Shown here one piece after another: positions 20,253 to 30,614 of a stretch of DNA of 64,000 nt. The notes beneath the pieces are model-generated. The model saw only the letters and a list, made by a program, of their open reading frames with translations, did not search any database and was not told the DNA's origin. Source of the stretch: Escherichia phage vB_EcoM_Goslar; the sequence record NC_048170.1. The stretch is one strand, 5' to 3'. Every line of letters begins with the position of its first letter. Position 1 is the stretch's first letter. The translations under genes were made by a program, and so were the position numbers.

Positions 20253-22843
20253 TCACCTTTGATTGTGTAAAACTTCGTGAAGTCCACGCGATCTTTCAAG
20301 AACTCACGACTGACACGTTCTAAGAACCGCAGTTGTTTAACCGTAACTTCGAGCGGCGTCCAACTGTCATGTGGATGAATAGAAACCATACGCCAATCGT
20401 AATTACATAACGCAGGATCGTAGTCATAGAACCATTTATACGGCTCCATGAAATCCATCAGTTTAACGTCCTGCATATCAGGATCGGGATCGATAACACC
20501 ATTGATAAGATCGTACGTTACGGCCATCAGCGTTGGACTGATAAGCTGGTATTTGTTTTCAATCGTTACCGGCGTATCGTACTTCACACGAGGGAAATAC
20601 AAGGACATATAGTCTTCAACGCGTTTATCGGTTTCAAGACTTTTGTCGCGTAGATAATACGTGTCTGTGTTCACGAGACCACGGATAGGGGCAATAACGT
20701 GGTAGATCGCATAAGGCACCCCATCGTTGACTTTGATGTCGGCAGGGTATTGCGTGTCCTCAGCTGTAACCACTTCGCTACGATCGTAAATACGTCCACC
20801 AACCACAATACGAACAACATGATCGTCACGAACATTAAACACATCGTCGTAAGAAAGCTGGTTATGCATCGTCCAACCGGTATCGTAAACGGTTTCACCG
20901 GTTAAGTCCGTACGTGGAAAACCAGTACATCTCACGGTAACCGTGTGCGTGTTCCCTTCACCGAAATACCGTTTCGCGTTGATCACGATCGTTGGCCATT
21001 TTACGATATAATCGATATCGCGTACCAAGCTGTAGCTTTTGGTTGCTTGCTCGTCACCTAACCATACTTCGATTTGACCGGGTTCGAAAGGCAGCGGATA
21101 TTCAACATCAATACCCGTCGTAACATCCAACCATACAGTGTGATTACGATGTTGTATCGTGGTCTTATACGCTAAGAAGTAGGTGTCGAACAATACTAAA
21201 CCGGTTTGCTTTCTTCCATCCAGCGACCATTTTATTACCCCGTTCTCTTCCGTTACCACAGAAGCATCGTCGGTAACATCCTTCCAGGTGTTCGCAACAG
21301 GTTGTCCGTTACGAAGGTTTACGCTATAACAGCGGTAACTCGCCCATTCACGGATTGGGACGTCGGCAACACCCATTACGTAATCAAGCGTTCTCCCACC
21401 AACACCCGATCGACCCTCAACATAGGACGTGGTTTCATATTGCGGATAAAAATGTCGGCCCGCCGGATGTTGCGTGATACCCAATAATAGACCGTCACTG
21501 TCGTACTCAAAGAACGTCGCATTTGCACGCAATCCCCATGGTACTTCAGCAGTAGGTGTACCCATATCGTCAGTAACGCGTTGTGGGCTATCTGCAACCA
21601 GTTTTGCCATCGCGTTATACCCGTAAGCGGAGGTCACCATGTCGATCGTGATATTGCTTTCCTTATTACGCATGATGCGCGTATAATCACTGGCTTCAAG
21701 GGTACGTGCAAAGAACTCAGGTATATTAGCGTTCTGTTCTAACATTGCACCGACGATGACGTCGTCTGGAAGTTTATACAATTCGTGGATGCGGTTATGT
21801 TCGAAGGTTAACTGCGTTTTCAGCCCACTATCGCGGACAACCACTTCCAGGGTTAAATCACGAAGCGATTCTGCTCCATCAACCCGTTCAACGAAGTAGC
21901 TGACATAATCAACAGGAATCCCGTAATCACGATGCGTGAGCATGCGGATACTATTTTCCTGGTTGGTGTGGTAATAACGCCCTTTTCCGTTAGGCCCTTT
22001 CACGTAGATATCAACGTCATCACGATACCGGATTTTAGTATCCGCTTCATCTTTCGGCGGATGAATAAGATACTTCACTTTTTTGTCCAGATCGCTGTTG
22101 TATGTTTTAAGATCTTCTACACGGAAACTATAACGATGAACAACTGTGCCATCATAGATGACCTGAATGCTATCGCCGATCTTAAAACTTGACGGTGGGA
22201 TGTCTTCAACCGCTTCACCATTGATGCTACAGTGCGTCCAACCGATCCCGGTTTCTTGGATCTTTTTACGCCAAGCGTATAGCTGACGCTGCCACTGTAG
22301 AACCTGCGTTGAACTGGTTACAATCCCGCCAAGGACATGCACCTCGCGTCCCGTCGGTTTCGTGTATGACGGATAGCCTTCCGCGAAGTCAGCATTGAGA
22401 TAGGTGCGCCAGTAATAATTGCCAACGCCAAGGTCAGCGATATTCGGTTGGTCGAGCACACAGACCAGCATCGTTTCGTTTTCCAGATTACCCGTCCACG
22501 TTAATGTCAACGGGAATTCTTTACCGTCCTCGGTATAGATATTGTAATACGATCCCTTCACTTCACAGAACTTGCTGAGTTCTCGCCACCATAACCGCCC
22601 AGCCCCGACATTAAAATCCTCCCCCATATGTCGTCCAATAACAAACACATGGAACGTATTCGTATCGTCAGGAAGATTGAATGTACGATGCCAAGCCGTA
22701 AAGTTTTTTACTGCGCCGGTCTTTCCGGTAATACGACGCATCTTGATACGATGCTGGTTGTCCATTAATGGACGGCAGTTCACATTCAGCGCAGCATGAT
22801 TTATCAAGTATTGCGCTGTAGGATTAGAAGCGTTCAACACCAC
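20249..22843 (-). CDS. large putative virion structural protein
   Basis: 864-aa ORF in structural region. Confidence 0.45.
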   Translation of the reverse strand: MVLNASNPTAQYLINHAALNVNCRPLMDNQHRIKMRRITGKTGAVKNFTAWHRTFNLPDDTNTFHVFVIGRHMGEDFNVGAGRLWWRELSKFCEVKGSYYNIYTEDGKEFPLTLTWTGNLENETMLVCVLDQPNIADLGVGNYYWRTYLNADFAEGYPSYTKPTGREVHVLGGIVTSSTQVLQWQRQLYAWRKKIQETGIGWTHCSINGEAVEDIPPSSFKIGDSIQVIYDGTVVHRYSFRVEDLKTYNSDLDKKVKYLIHPPKDEADTKIRYRDDVDIYVKGPNGKGRYYHTNQENSIRMLTHRDYGIPVDYVSYFVERVDGAESLRDLTLEVVVRDSGLKTQLTFEHNRIHELYKLPDDVIVGAMLEQNANIPEFFARTLEASDYTRIMRNKESNITIDMVTSAYGYNAMAKLVADSPQRVTDDMGTPTAEVPWGLRANATFFEYDSDGLLLGITQHPAGRHFYPQYETTSYVEGRSGVGGRTLDYVMGVADVPIREWASYRCYSVNLRNGQPVANTWKDVTDDASVVTEENGVIKWSLDGRKQTGLVLFDTYFLAYKTTIQHRNHTVWLDVTTGIDVEYPLPFEPGQIEVWLGDEQATKSYSLVRDIDYIVKWPTIVINAKRYFGEGNTHTVTVRCTGFPRTDLTGETVYDTGWTMHNQLSYDDVFNVRDDHVVRIVVGGRIYDRSEVVTAEDTQYPADIKVNDGVPYAIYHVIAPIRGLVNTDTYYLRDKSLETDKRVEDYMSLYFPRVKYDTPVTIENKYQLISPTLMAVTYDLINGVIDPDPDMQDVKLMDFMEPYKWFYDYDPALCNYDWRMVSIHPHDSWTPLEVTVKQLRFLERVSREFLKDRVDFTKFYTIKGE

Positions 22844-23771
22844 GGCATGCCTCCAGGAGGTATTTCATGTTGGCTTGGAAATCATTGACATCACGCGCCA
22901 TACGACGCTGATCTGCCATGAGACGAGCCAACACGGTATCACGGTAACCACGATCGTGGTCAGCAGCAGAGCATAAAAGAATAAATGTTGGTGGGTGCTC
23001 TAAAGCAATCCCGGCAACTTCTTTACTATAACCCCCAACCCAACTGTAAGCGGTGATTTCAAACAACAACGCCTGGGTTAACGTGTTCAAACGGGGACTG
23101 ATATTACTTTCTTTTAACGCTGTTACAAAAGCTGCCATGTTAGGGATGTAACCCAGGTTTTCGGTTGCGATACCGATGCTCGCAAAATCGTAACGAAGCG
23201 TTGTCTGGATGGTGCGCACCATAGTTAGTCTTTCATTATTTGTAAGGCTATCTTTAAACAAGCAAAGATAATACCATGCTGTTATGATGGCAACATCACG
23301 ACGTTGTTGAAGGTCCAACCCTAAACGCTGTGTGATTTGTCCGCTAATCCAATCACAAAAGACACGCATCGGGATAGGGCCAAGACGTTCAAAAGGGCGT
23401 GTGCCCAAGGATTCCCATCCTACCTGAAGATACGCACGTGATTGAAGAAAGTTATATTCACGTTCGTTAACAACGGTAGTACGCGATCCTGGGCGTGAAG
23501 TGTCTGTTGGGGTGCGTGCGTAAGCGCGTTGGTCGATAACAACGCGCTGTCCGTCCATCACTGTTTTAATGACCAGCGGATGGCCGAAAGAAGGGATATC
23601 GTCCAACGTATTTTTGTTGCCGATGACTTCGAGAACGGGAGTGTTTACGCCACTTTCTTCACCGGGTGCACTTAACAATCCGCCGACGTAAGCAACTTCG
23701 ATAGCGGTTCGGATACGGTCAATGCCTTTTAGTTTTGTTCCAACAGTTGTGTCGTAAGGAGAGATGAACAT
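22824..23771 (-). CDS. hypothetical protein
   Basis: 315-aa ORF; RBS AAGGA. Confidence 0.5.
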   Translation of the reverse strand: MFISPYDTTVGTKLKGIDRIRTAIEVAYVGGLLSAPGEESGVNTPVLEVIGNKNTLDDIPSFGHPLVIKTVMDGQRVVIDQRAYARTPTDTSRPGSRTTVVNEREYNFLQSRAYLQVGWESLGTRPFERLGPIPMRVFCDWISGQITQRLGLDLQQRRDVAIITAWYYLCLFKDSLTNNERLTMVRTIQTTLRYDFASIGIATENLGYIPNMAAFVTALKESNISPRLNTLTQALLFEITAYSWVGGYSKEVAGIALEHPPTFILLCSAADHDRGYRDTVLARLMADQRRMARDVNDFQANMKYLLEACRGVERF

Positions 23772-23787
23772 ATGTAATTCCTTTATT

Positions 23788-23799
23788 ACGGCATATAAG
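23788..23799 (-). promoter_or_regulatory. TATATGCCGTAAT box (variant of TTTATGCCGT)
   Basis: 17 nt upstream of ATG at 23771. Confidence 0.35.
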
Positions 23800-23914
23800 A
23801 AAACGGGTTAAGCACACAGATTTACGCATAATTGTAATATTTTACGTTATGCCTATGACATTGTGTCACGTGTGCAATTATGTCATACAATTTCCTTAAA
23901 TTAAGGAGAGTTCC

Positions 23915-25987
23915 ATGAGGCTTAAGAATAGCACGCCTCGCGCGATTTTTACGGGCTTTAAAGAGGGTCTTACCACGGATCCGGTTACAGCCCCAGAGAT
24001 CACGCCCATTCACCTCCCGTATGTTTTCATTCAGGGTGGTCGTGGTAAAGAGGACACCTTGCTGTTAACAGGGGACGCCCTGTCTACAGTCTACGGTGAA
24101 GATATGCTGAACTACCGCAGTAAGTACGCTTCTCCAGCAACACTGATTGCTCGTCAGGCTGCTTCTACAGGTAGCGCGATCTTCACAAAACGTTTGGTTG
24201 CGCCGGATGCAACGGCAGCACGCATCCGTATCGGTGTTGAAGTGGTCGCCGATAAACTGGTCGTTTACCAGCGTAACGCTGACGGGTCCTTTGTGAAGGA
24301 CACGCTCGGCAACAAAATCCCTGACGGCGATAAAACCGTTGACGGGTTGAAAATGCGTTGGGTTGTTAACCACGACAAAGATGCCGAAACACCTAATGCT
24401 TTCGGTAAAGATGAAGTGGTTCTCGGACAACTGACTGCAACTGGTGGTGCCCAGAGCAACTACTATCCTATTCTGGATGGATTGGTGAGCTGGCGTGGTG
24501 CTGAAGGGGACAACATCGGCATACGTCTGGAAGCACCGACCGCGCTGAGCAGTAACCCTACCCGTACCGATATTATCGAACGTATCGGTGCTTTCCTGTA
24601 CCGCATTCAGTTCGTGGAACGCAAGTCTTCACGTACTGCGCCGACGGTCATTCGTACGATCAGCGGTATGGAACAAGAAACCTTCGCGTTGCAGGAAGGT
24701 GTTATCCAGCCTGATGACGAAACCGATCTGTCCTTCGGTAAAGTGGTCGTTGACGCCTACGAGTATAATGAGACGGGTAATACCCCGATCTTTGCTCCGA
24801 TGGATCAGATGCATCTTTATCAGAAGAACATCGATGACGTCGTCAAGATGCTGTACGAATCTGAACGCAAAGTTAACAACGATCTGTTAACCGACGTTGA
24901 ATTCGTCGAAGGCCAGATGAACATCTTCACCGGTGTTGATTACAACGGCATCCCGTATCAAACCATCGAAGTTCTCGATGCGGATCAGGGCGGTGCTATC
25001 TTCGACGGTACCAGCACCTTCTACGCGATCGATGGTAGTGACGGTGACGTAAACTGGGATACCTTCGATGCGTTAGCGAAGCAGCAGTTCGAATCGTTCG
25101 GCAACATGGGCGAAGATCTGGAAGACATGGCTTTCTATCCGTTCTCCATCGTGTATGACATTGGTTACAAAGTCGACACGAAGAAAGCGATGGCAAACGT
25201 CTTGTCTCTGCGTCCGGATGTCATGATCATTGCGTCAACCCATACCTGGAAGGGTGTGGAACTGAATGTCGATGAAGAAAGCTCCATGGGCGCAATGCTG
25301 CGTAACTACTACCGTCTGCATCCAGAAAGCGTGCTTTACAATACCCCAGCTTGCCGTGCTGCTGTATTCATGCAATACGGTGAAAGCATCGAAGCGCCAA
25401 GCCTGGGTAAAGTTCCGTTGACGCTGGAAGTTGCTAATAAACTCGCAACTTACATGGGTGCTTCGGATGGTGTTATCCGCGGTACTCGCATCGATAACAA
25501 CCCTGGTAACGTTGTCACAACGATGCGTAAAATCAACAAGACGTATCGTAACGCAACGGTCCGCGATCGTGATTGGGAAAACGGCTTGAACTATGTTCAG
25601 ACCTACAACCGTAATTCCAACTTCTTCCCGGCTTGGGGCACGATCTACAATAACGACCGTTCGGTATGGCGTTCGTTGATCAACGTGATCATCGGTTGCG
25701 ATCTGACGCGTGTCTGCTATCGTCTCTGGGCAGAAACCACCGGTACTACAGGAATGGATGAAACGCTGTTCCTGAAACTGATGGGTGAACGCTTCCTGGA
25801 ATACACCACGGGTCGTTACAACGACCACGTGACTGTTAAGGGACGTTTCTACCTGGATAAAGAAGACGGCTATAACGGCTTCAGCTATCACGGCGATATC
25901 AGCCTGATCGGCGATCCAGGCATGACCGTGGGTACGTTTACCATCACCGGGCTGCGTCGTAACACCGAAGCAGCAGAAGCGGCGTAA
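23915..25987 (+). CDS. major virion structural protein, probably tail sheath
   Basis: 690 aa, strong RBS AAGGAGAG, highly biased codon usage, immediately followed by a 296-aa gene; size/synteny argument only. Confidence 0.5.
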   Translation: MRLKNSTPRAIFTGFKEGLTTDPVTAPEITPIHLPYVFIQGGRGKEDTLLLTGDALSTVYGEDMLNYRSKYASPATLIARQAASTGSAIFTKRLVAPDATAARIRIGVEVVADKLVVYQRNADGSFVKDTLGNKIPDGDKTVDGLKMRWVVNHDKDAETPNAFGKDEVVLGQLTATGGAQSNYYPILDGLVSWRGAEGDNIGIRLEAPTALSSNPTRTDIIERIGAFLYRIQFVERKSSRTAPTVIRTISGMEQETFALQEGVIQPDDETDLSFGKVVVDAYEYNETGNTPIFAPMDQMHLYQKNIDDVVKMLYESERKVNNDLLTDVEFVEGQMNIFTGVDYNGIPYQTIEVLDADQGGAIFDGTSTFYAIDGSDGDVNWDTFDALAKQQFESFGNMGEDLEDMAFYPFSIVYDIGYKVDTKKAMANVLSLRPDVMIIASTHTWKGVELNVDEESSMGAMLRNYYRLHPESVLYNTPACRAAVFMQYGESIEAPSLGKVPLTLEVANKLATYMGASDGVIRGTRIDNNPGNVVTTMRKINKTYRNATVRDRDWENGLNYVQTYNRNSNFFPAWGTIYNNDRSVWRSLINVIIGCDLTRVCYRLWAETTGTTGMDETLFLKLMGERFLEYTTGRYNDHVTVKGRFYLDKEDGYNGFSYHGDISLIGDPGMTVGTFTITGLRRNTEAAEAA

Positions 25988-26002
25988 TGAGAGGAGTCCA
26001 TA

Positions 26003-26893
26003 ATGCGTCCTGATAATACCCTACTCGGTGAACAGGGTGTTGGTGCTCTTAGCAACGCGGCTATGGTCGATATTCGTGCAGGTGCCCAAAACGGGTACAT
26101 CAGCAATATCGGTACGTACGTTGCTAACGCCAACTACATTCCGAACCAAATGTTCTGTCTCCTGCTGGAGGCACCACGTGGTTTCAACTATCTACCTAAC
26201 CCGGATGTACAGATTGGTTATCTGAAGGCGCTGGTAGAAGAGGTTGCGCATTCGATTACCGGTCTGCAACGCGGATTGGAAGTTGAATTCGTTAGCGTCC
26301 CGGTTTCTGGTTCCGGTGAAATCCAGGAAGAAGTTTCTGACGTTAAACGTCCTCGCTCTAACCCGACTTTCGGGATCTATGAGAAAGAAGGTCGTTCCGT
26401 TAGTTACTTCCTGGAACAATGGATCACGTATCTGTTGATGGATCCGGATGCCAAATATCCGATGTTGTCGTCTATCGTATCCACCGGTGGTCCAACCGAC
26501 CTGCTGGCGGATTATCGTAGCGCAACAATGCTGTTCGTTGAACCAGACCGTCAACACAAGAAAGTGGTTAACGCCTGGCTGTGCACGAACATGATGCCTC
26601 ACGGTACCGGTGACTGGACATCACGTCGTAACAAGAACGATGCGCCAAACGTGGTAGAATTGAGCATTCAGTTCACAGCGTTAACACAGACCAACTACGG
26701 TGTGCGTGCTTTTGCACAACGTCTGCTGGATAAGATGAACCTGCTCAAAGTGAACCCGGATTTCCGTCCGGCTTATCTGAGCGACATCGATCCTGCTGTG
26801 GCAGCGCAGAAGGTTGGCTATACCTTCGACTTTGATAACAACGATACCTTTGAGGTACCGAATACTTATCAAAACGTAACACCTCGCGTGTAA
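26003..26893 (+). CDS. probable tail tube protein
   Basis: 296 aa, 15 nt after the sheath-like gene, RBS GAGAGGAG. Confidence 0.4.
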   Translation: MRPDNTLLGEQGVGALSNAAMVDIRAGAQNGYISNIGTYVANANYIPNQMFCLLLEAPRGFNYLPNPDVQIGYLKALVEEVAHSITGLQRGLEVEFVSVPVSGSGEIQEEVSDVKRPRSNPTFGIYEKEGRSVSYFLEQWITYLLMDPDAKYPMLSSIVSTGGPTDLLADYRSATMLFVEPDRQHKKVVNAWLCTNMMPHGTGDWTSRRNKNDAPNVVELSIQFTALTQTNYGVRAFAQRLLDKMNLLKVNPDFRPAYLSDIDPAVAAQKVGYTFDFDNNDTFEVPNTYQNVTPRV

Positions 26894-26918
26894 CGTAAAA
26901 AAAAAAAAGCATATTAAC

Positions 26919-26958
26919 CTCCCTTCCTTCCCTAGCCGTCAAGGCCGGGGAAGGAAGG
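26919..26958. terminator. bidirectional terminator hairpin
   Basis: ccttccttccc...gggaaggaagg; T-rich on plus side, T12 run on minus side (26897-26908). Confidence 0.55.
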
Positions 26959-26970
26959 TTTATGGTTTAT

Positions 26971-27510
26971 TTACTGTTTGTTCGTGGCTTCACGAATGAA
27001 AATGACATCAGGATATTCTTGAGATTCAATGAATTCAGGATTACGATAACGACGAATATGACGCATCGTTGTACAAGCAAGTTTGTAAAGATGTTCCTCC
27101 TCACGTTGTGTTAATAACATCAGTTGCGCGTCTGGAATCACGAATGGGAGTCTTTCATTCACATATTCTCGAAGGTCATCGAGATCATCGTGATGAATGC
27201 CCTCTGAGAGCTTATATAACGCTTCCAGCAATTCTAATCCGCCGAACTGGTAACTTCCTATTGTCGTCGTAAACAATGCGCCAGAACGCGTGGTGGATGC
27301 TCTATCGGCGACATCGTATTGTTCTAACATATATCCGTAGACCATGCTACGTCGATCCAGTGTATCCGTAACGAGATTACGCCACCGTTCCAGTCTTTCG
27401 AGCGCTTTGTCGATAGAGTAAACGATCATGCCATGTTCATCCAACTCTTCCGCAATACCCAATAGTTCGTTGTTGTTAGGTTTTGCTGCACCGATAAGAA
27501 AAACACTCAT
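26971..27510 (-). CDS. hypothetical protein
   Basis: 179-aa ORF. Confidence 0.45.
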   Translation of the reverse strand: MSVFLIGAAKPNNNELLGIAEELDEHGMIVYSIDKALERLERWRNLVTDTLDRRSMVYGYMLEQYDVADRASTTRSGALFTTTIGSYQFGGLELLEALYKLSEGIHHDDLDDLREYVNERLPFVIPDAQLMLLTQREEEHLYKLACTTMRHIRRYRNPEFIESQEYPDVIFIREATNKQ

Positions 27511-27923
27511 TACTCAAACTCCTTATTCCAAAACTCGATTAATGAATCGAGCTGTTCCTTACTGGTTATCTCACCTCCCCTAACAAAATGAAATCGTTCT
27601 TGAATGGCGATCTTTTCAAGGATATCGGTAAGCAAATGACGGTGACAGAAATTTCCTGCAGGACAATAACACCCTAACACCACAACCGGATGGGAGAATA
27701 AAGCCAACCATTCCGGTGTATGATCAACAAAGCTTTTACGCATAAGCGTGTAGTAGCCTGCGGTATATTCATCCTCGGTTAACGTTTTTGATTTGATTCC
27801 TGTAACAAGTTCCCATGAAGGTGCGAAGAGCGGGTTACCTGTTTTCACCGTCGTGTCCAGTAGGAACGCTCGTGTGTCTGAAAGCCAACGATATTTGGCT
27901 AATTGAAGGGTGTATAAAAACAC
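27510..27923 (-). CDS. hypothetical protein with CxC...CHR motif (DUF488-like?)
   Basis: LGCYCPAGNFCHRHLL; GTG start. Confidence 0.35.
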   Translation of the reverse strand: MFLYTLQLAKYRWLSDTRAFLLDTTVKTGNPLFAPSWELVTGIKSKTLTEDEYTAGYYTLMRKSFVDHTPEWLALFSHPVVVLGCYCPAGNFCHRHLLTDILEKIAIQERFHFVRGGEITSKEQLDSLIEFWNKEFE

Positions 27924-28026
27924 AGCGCTAACCCCAAAGGATAAAAATAAAACCTTGACATAACCACCACCGTAGCCCTGTATGGGGCTACGGTGGGGTC
28001 ATACAGAGAGACGTGTTAAGTTACAA

Positions 28027-28506
28027 TCAGTCTTTCAGCAGCTCAGCCGCATACGCGCTGATGTTGTCGCGAATATGCTTAACCTGAGTTGTCGGGAAAG
28101 ATTTCTTATACGCGGTAGTCAGGCGTCCGTAAACCTGTTTCTTCTCGTTAGAGCCGAAACCAACTTCAGCGCTGCGTTGAACCGTTGCAGACACAACGTC
28201 TTTGCCCAGCGGCAGGGTTACAGAAACAACGTCAACCTGTTTGTTATCCGCCATGAACTGCGCGCCAACGCGACCTACCGCCAGACCATGAGCCAGACCG
28301 ATATCGGTGGTCAGTTTCTGTGCTTTTTCCAGGATTTCTTTTTCTTCCGGCGTTACCAGAGTACCCAGGAAATCACTACCTAACTTCTGGCTACCAGATT
28401 CGTCCAGTTTAATACCAGCGGCGATTTTATCAGAAAGAGCCTGAACTTCCGGACGTACGTTAGAAGTGGTTTCAGTCGCTACGGTGGTTTCTACAGCTTC
28501 AGACAT
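28027..28506 (-). CDS. hypothetical protein, probably abundant
   Basis: 159 aa, strongly biased codon usage. Confidence 0.5.
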   Translation of the reverse strand: MSEAVETTVATETTSNVRPEVQALSDKIAAGIKLDESGSQKLGSDFLGTLVTPEEKEILEKAQKLTTDIGLAHGLAVGRVGAQFMADNKQVDVVSVTLPLGKDVVSATVQRSAEVGFGSNEKKQVYGRLTTAYKKSFPTTQVKHIRDNISAYAAELLKD

Positions 28507-28641
28507 GTTAATACTCCAATTAGTTTTTTCGATCGATCAAAAGGATAAAATCAGAAGATTCTTTCTTCATAGGGAAAACACAAGTCGGTTAAGGTTTACT
28601 TCTTAAACTCCTTGCGTTCTATCAGTTAGGTAATATAGACC

Positions 28642-29442
28642 TCAACTTTTTTCCAATAATGCCGCAACGTTCCGTGCGAAACGAATTACCTTGTAATTGC
28701 GGGTCTGTTTGATATCTTCTTCCCCATCACTGTCACCTTCAGACGGATCTTCCCACATGAAGTCTTGTTCGTCCGCTTTCTGTAAATAGCGGTATAACTG
28801 CACCATGCTGCGTGCGGTCGGAGAGATAGCGCGAAGCTCATCCAATTCTTCATCAGTCAACAGAACATGCGGTGAACGCAGTGGTTCCATTGTTGTATTA
28901 CACAACAGACGAATCAGCAGATCGACGCACGGAATAACCGAACCTGGTGAGGCGATTTCTGGGTGTAACGTATAACCCCAATATACGGTGTTAAAATACG
29001 TCAAAACAGCAGGTAGTGACGGATGTTCCATCGCACGGCCAATTTGTTGTCTTACGATAGATGCACGATCGTTCAATACATCGAAAGTAATCTGTTGCGG
29101 TTCCATAACCGCAAGTGAAATACCGTACGCGTCAGCCACACCCAGGATTTCATGAAGGGTCGAACGTTCTTCTTCGGTGGATATTGTCCCGATCGCCTTA
29201 CGCCCCGCAAGGTCAATCAGCATCGGTGAAACAGCTTCTTTAACCGCATTAAAAGAAGCCTGGTAAGCGTGTTTATGAATATACAGTGTCCACGCTAATG
29301 CGCGCTCAGCCGCATGAAGCAGATCGACATAAGACAGTTCTTGATGGCATGGGCCATACACACTCACAGCAAGCTTGGTGGCTTTCTCAGAGGCTTGCAT
29401 AATAACATCTGGTGATTTAGGCATATCGCGTTCTTCTTGCAT
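28642..29442 (-). CDS. hypothetical protein
   Basis: 266-aa ORF. Confidence 0.5.
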   Translation of the reverse strand: MQEERDMPKSPDVIMQASEKATKLAVSVYGPCHQELSYVDLLHAAERALAWTLYIHKHAYQASFNAVKEAVSPMLIDLAGRKAIGTISTEEERSTLHEILGVADAYGISLAVMEPQQITFDVLNDRASIVRQQIGRAMEHPSLPAVLTYFNTVYWGYTLHPEIASPGSVIPCVDLLIRLLCNTTMEPLRSPHVLLTDEELDELRAISPTARSMVQLYRYLQKADEQDFMWEDPSEGDSDGEEDIKQTRNYKVIRFARNVAALLEKS

Positions 29443-29531
29443 CTTTTTAAATTCCTACTTAACAATAAAGTTCATATACGGCGTATGTATCCGTAGAATA
29501 ATGGGTTCTGGTAAGATCTTACATCAAAATG

Positions 29532-29543
29532 ACGGCATAAAAA
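29532..29543 (-). promoter_or_regulatory. TTTTTATGCCGT box following hairpin
   Basis: minus strand: acctccttaccc-acat-gggtaaggaggt then ACTTTTTATGCCGTCA, about 90 nt upstream of ATG at 29442. Confidence 0.4.
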
Positions 29544-29725
29544 GTACCTCCTTACCCATGTGGGTAAGGAGGTTCGTCCATCACGACGAAAGGACGTTAT
29601 GTGACGCGGTGTCCATAACGGCCCTGGTAGCAGGCATTAAAGATAACAAAAAGGATGTAAGTTGAGCTAAACCACCTAAATACGGTAACGATTACTTCCG
29701 TACACAATATAACGCAACATCTTTT

Positions 29726-30535
29726 TTACCAATGATTAAAGCTGCCCGCTTTAACGACGTCACAGCGCAGATGGTTACGTAACTGATCCAGGAAGACAAC
29801 CGGACTGTCACCAGACAACATAGCCAGCGCGTGTTGGCCACCGGAACGAACAACAAGCTCATCAACCATTGGTGCTGTAATCGGGAGATCATACGCATCC
29901 ATGATTGCCTTGGCTTCCTGTTCTACGTCTTTCTGGAACCCTTCCATCGTCGGAGAGTCATATTTGGTTGCAAACTCGATCCCAGGTAAGTTAACGTAAT
30001 CGTAAGTCATGACACGGGTCATAACACGACGGCGCTCACGTTGCCAGATCTGAGGATCGGTTAACGCGCGAACCGAAAAACATACGTTCACTAGCGGTGT
30101 TTCAAAATCTTTACGTAATGGATCACCGTACGGTCCGCAAGGAATAACATCCCCCATCACCATCACGACAGGACGACCACGACGATCACGTCCAGCTTCC
30201 TCTAACCAAATCTTAGAAAAGCAATGGCTTACCTTCGTTTCTTCGATTCGTAATGCCCGCTGCAAAAAGCTGGTTGCATCCTGACCGATCTCTGGTTTAG
30301 GGTGACCGTATTCACCTTTCAACGAACGATTGCGTGCGTTTGTTTGCAATAAACTGTTTTCCAGGAACAGCGGTTTCGAACGCTCAAGTTCGTAATATTC
30401 TTCGGTATTGTTAAAACAGTTAAACCCGCCTATAACACAGGTGTAGGCACCGTCAGCATTAGGACGGATAATACCTTTCTTATTCACACCAAGATAACTG
30501 GTGCAAACAAGATTACTAATTGGTGGTTGCATCAT
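29726..30535 (-). CDS. hypothetical protein
   Basis: 269-aa ORF. Confidence 0.5.
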   Translation of the reverse strand: MMQPPISNLVCTSYLGVNKKGIIRPNADGAYTCVIGGFNCFNNTEEYYELERSKPLFLENSLLQTNARNRSLKGEYGHPKPEIGQDATSFLQRALRIEETKVSHCFSKIWLEEAGRDRRGRPVVMVMGDVIPCGPYGDPLRKDFETPLVNVCFSVRALTDPQIWQRERRRVMTRVMTYDYVNLPGIEFATKYDSPTMEGFQKDVEQEAKAIMDAYDLPITAPMVDELVVRSGGQHALAMLSGDSPVVFLDQLRNHLRCDVVKAGSFNHW

Positions 30536-30583
30536 AACCCCTTTATAAGCAACTGAATGAAAAAAGCGTTACATTCCCGCTTT

Positions 30584-30597
30584 TACGTCAAGAAGGT
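30584..30597 (-). promoter_or_regulatory. ACCTTCTTGACGTA box (copy 2)
   Basis: identical 14-mer to 33856-33869, about 49 nt upstream of ATG at 30535. Confidence 0.4.
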
Positions 30598-30614
30598 GAC
30601 GCGTAAGCGTTATA

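Noticed and set aside
30584-30597. TTGACG within ACCTTCTTGACGTA as a sigma-70 -35 hexamer
   Set aside because: No TATAAT-like -10 element at 16-18 nt spacing in either copy.
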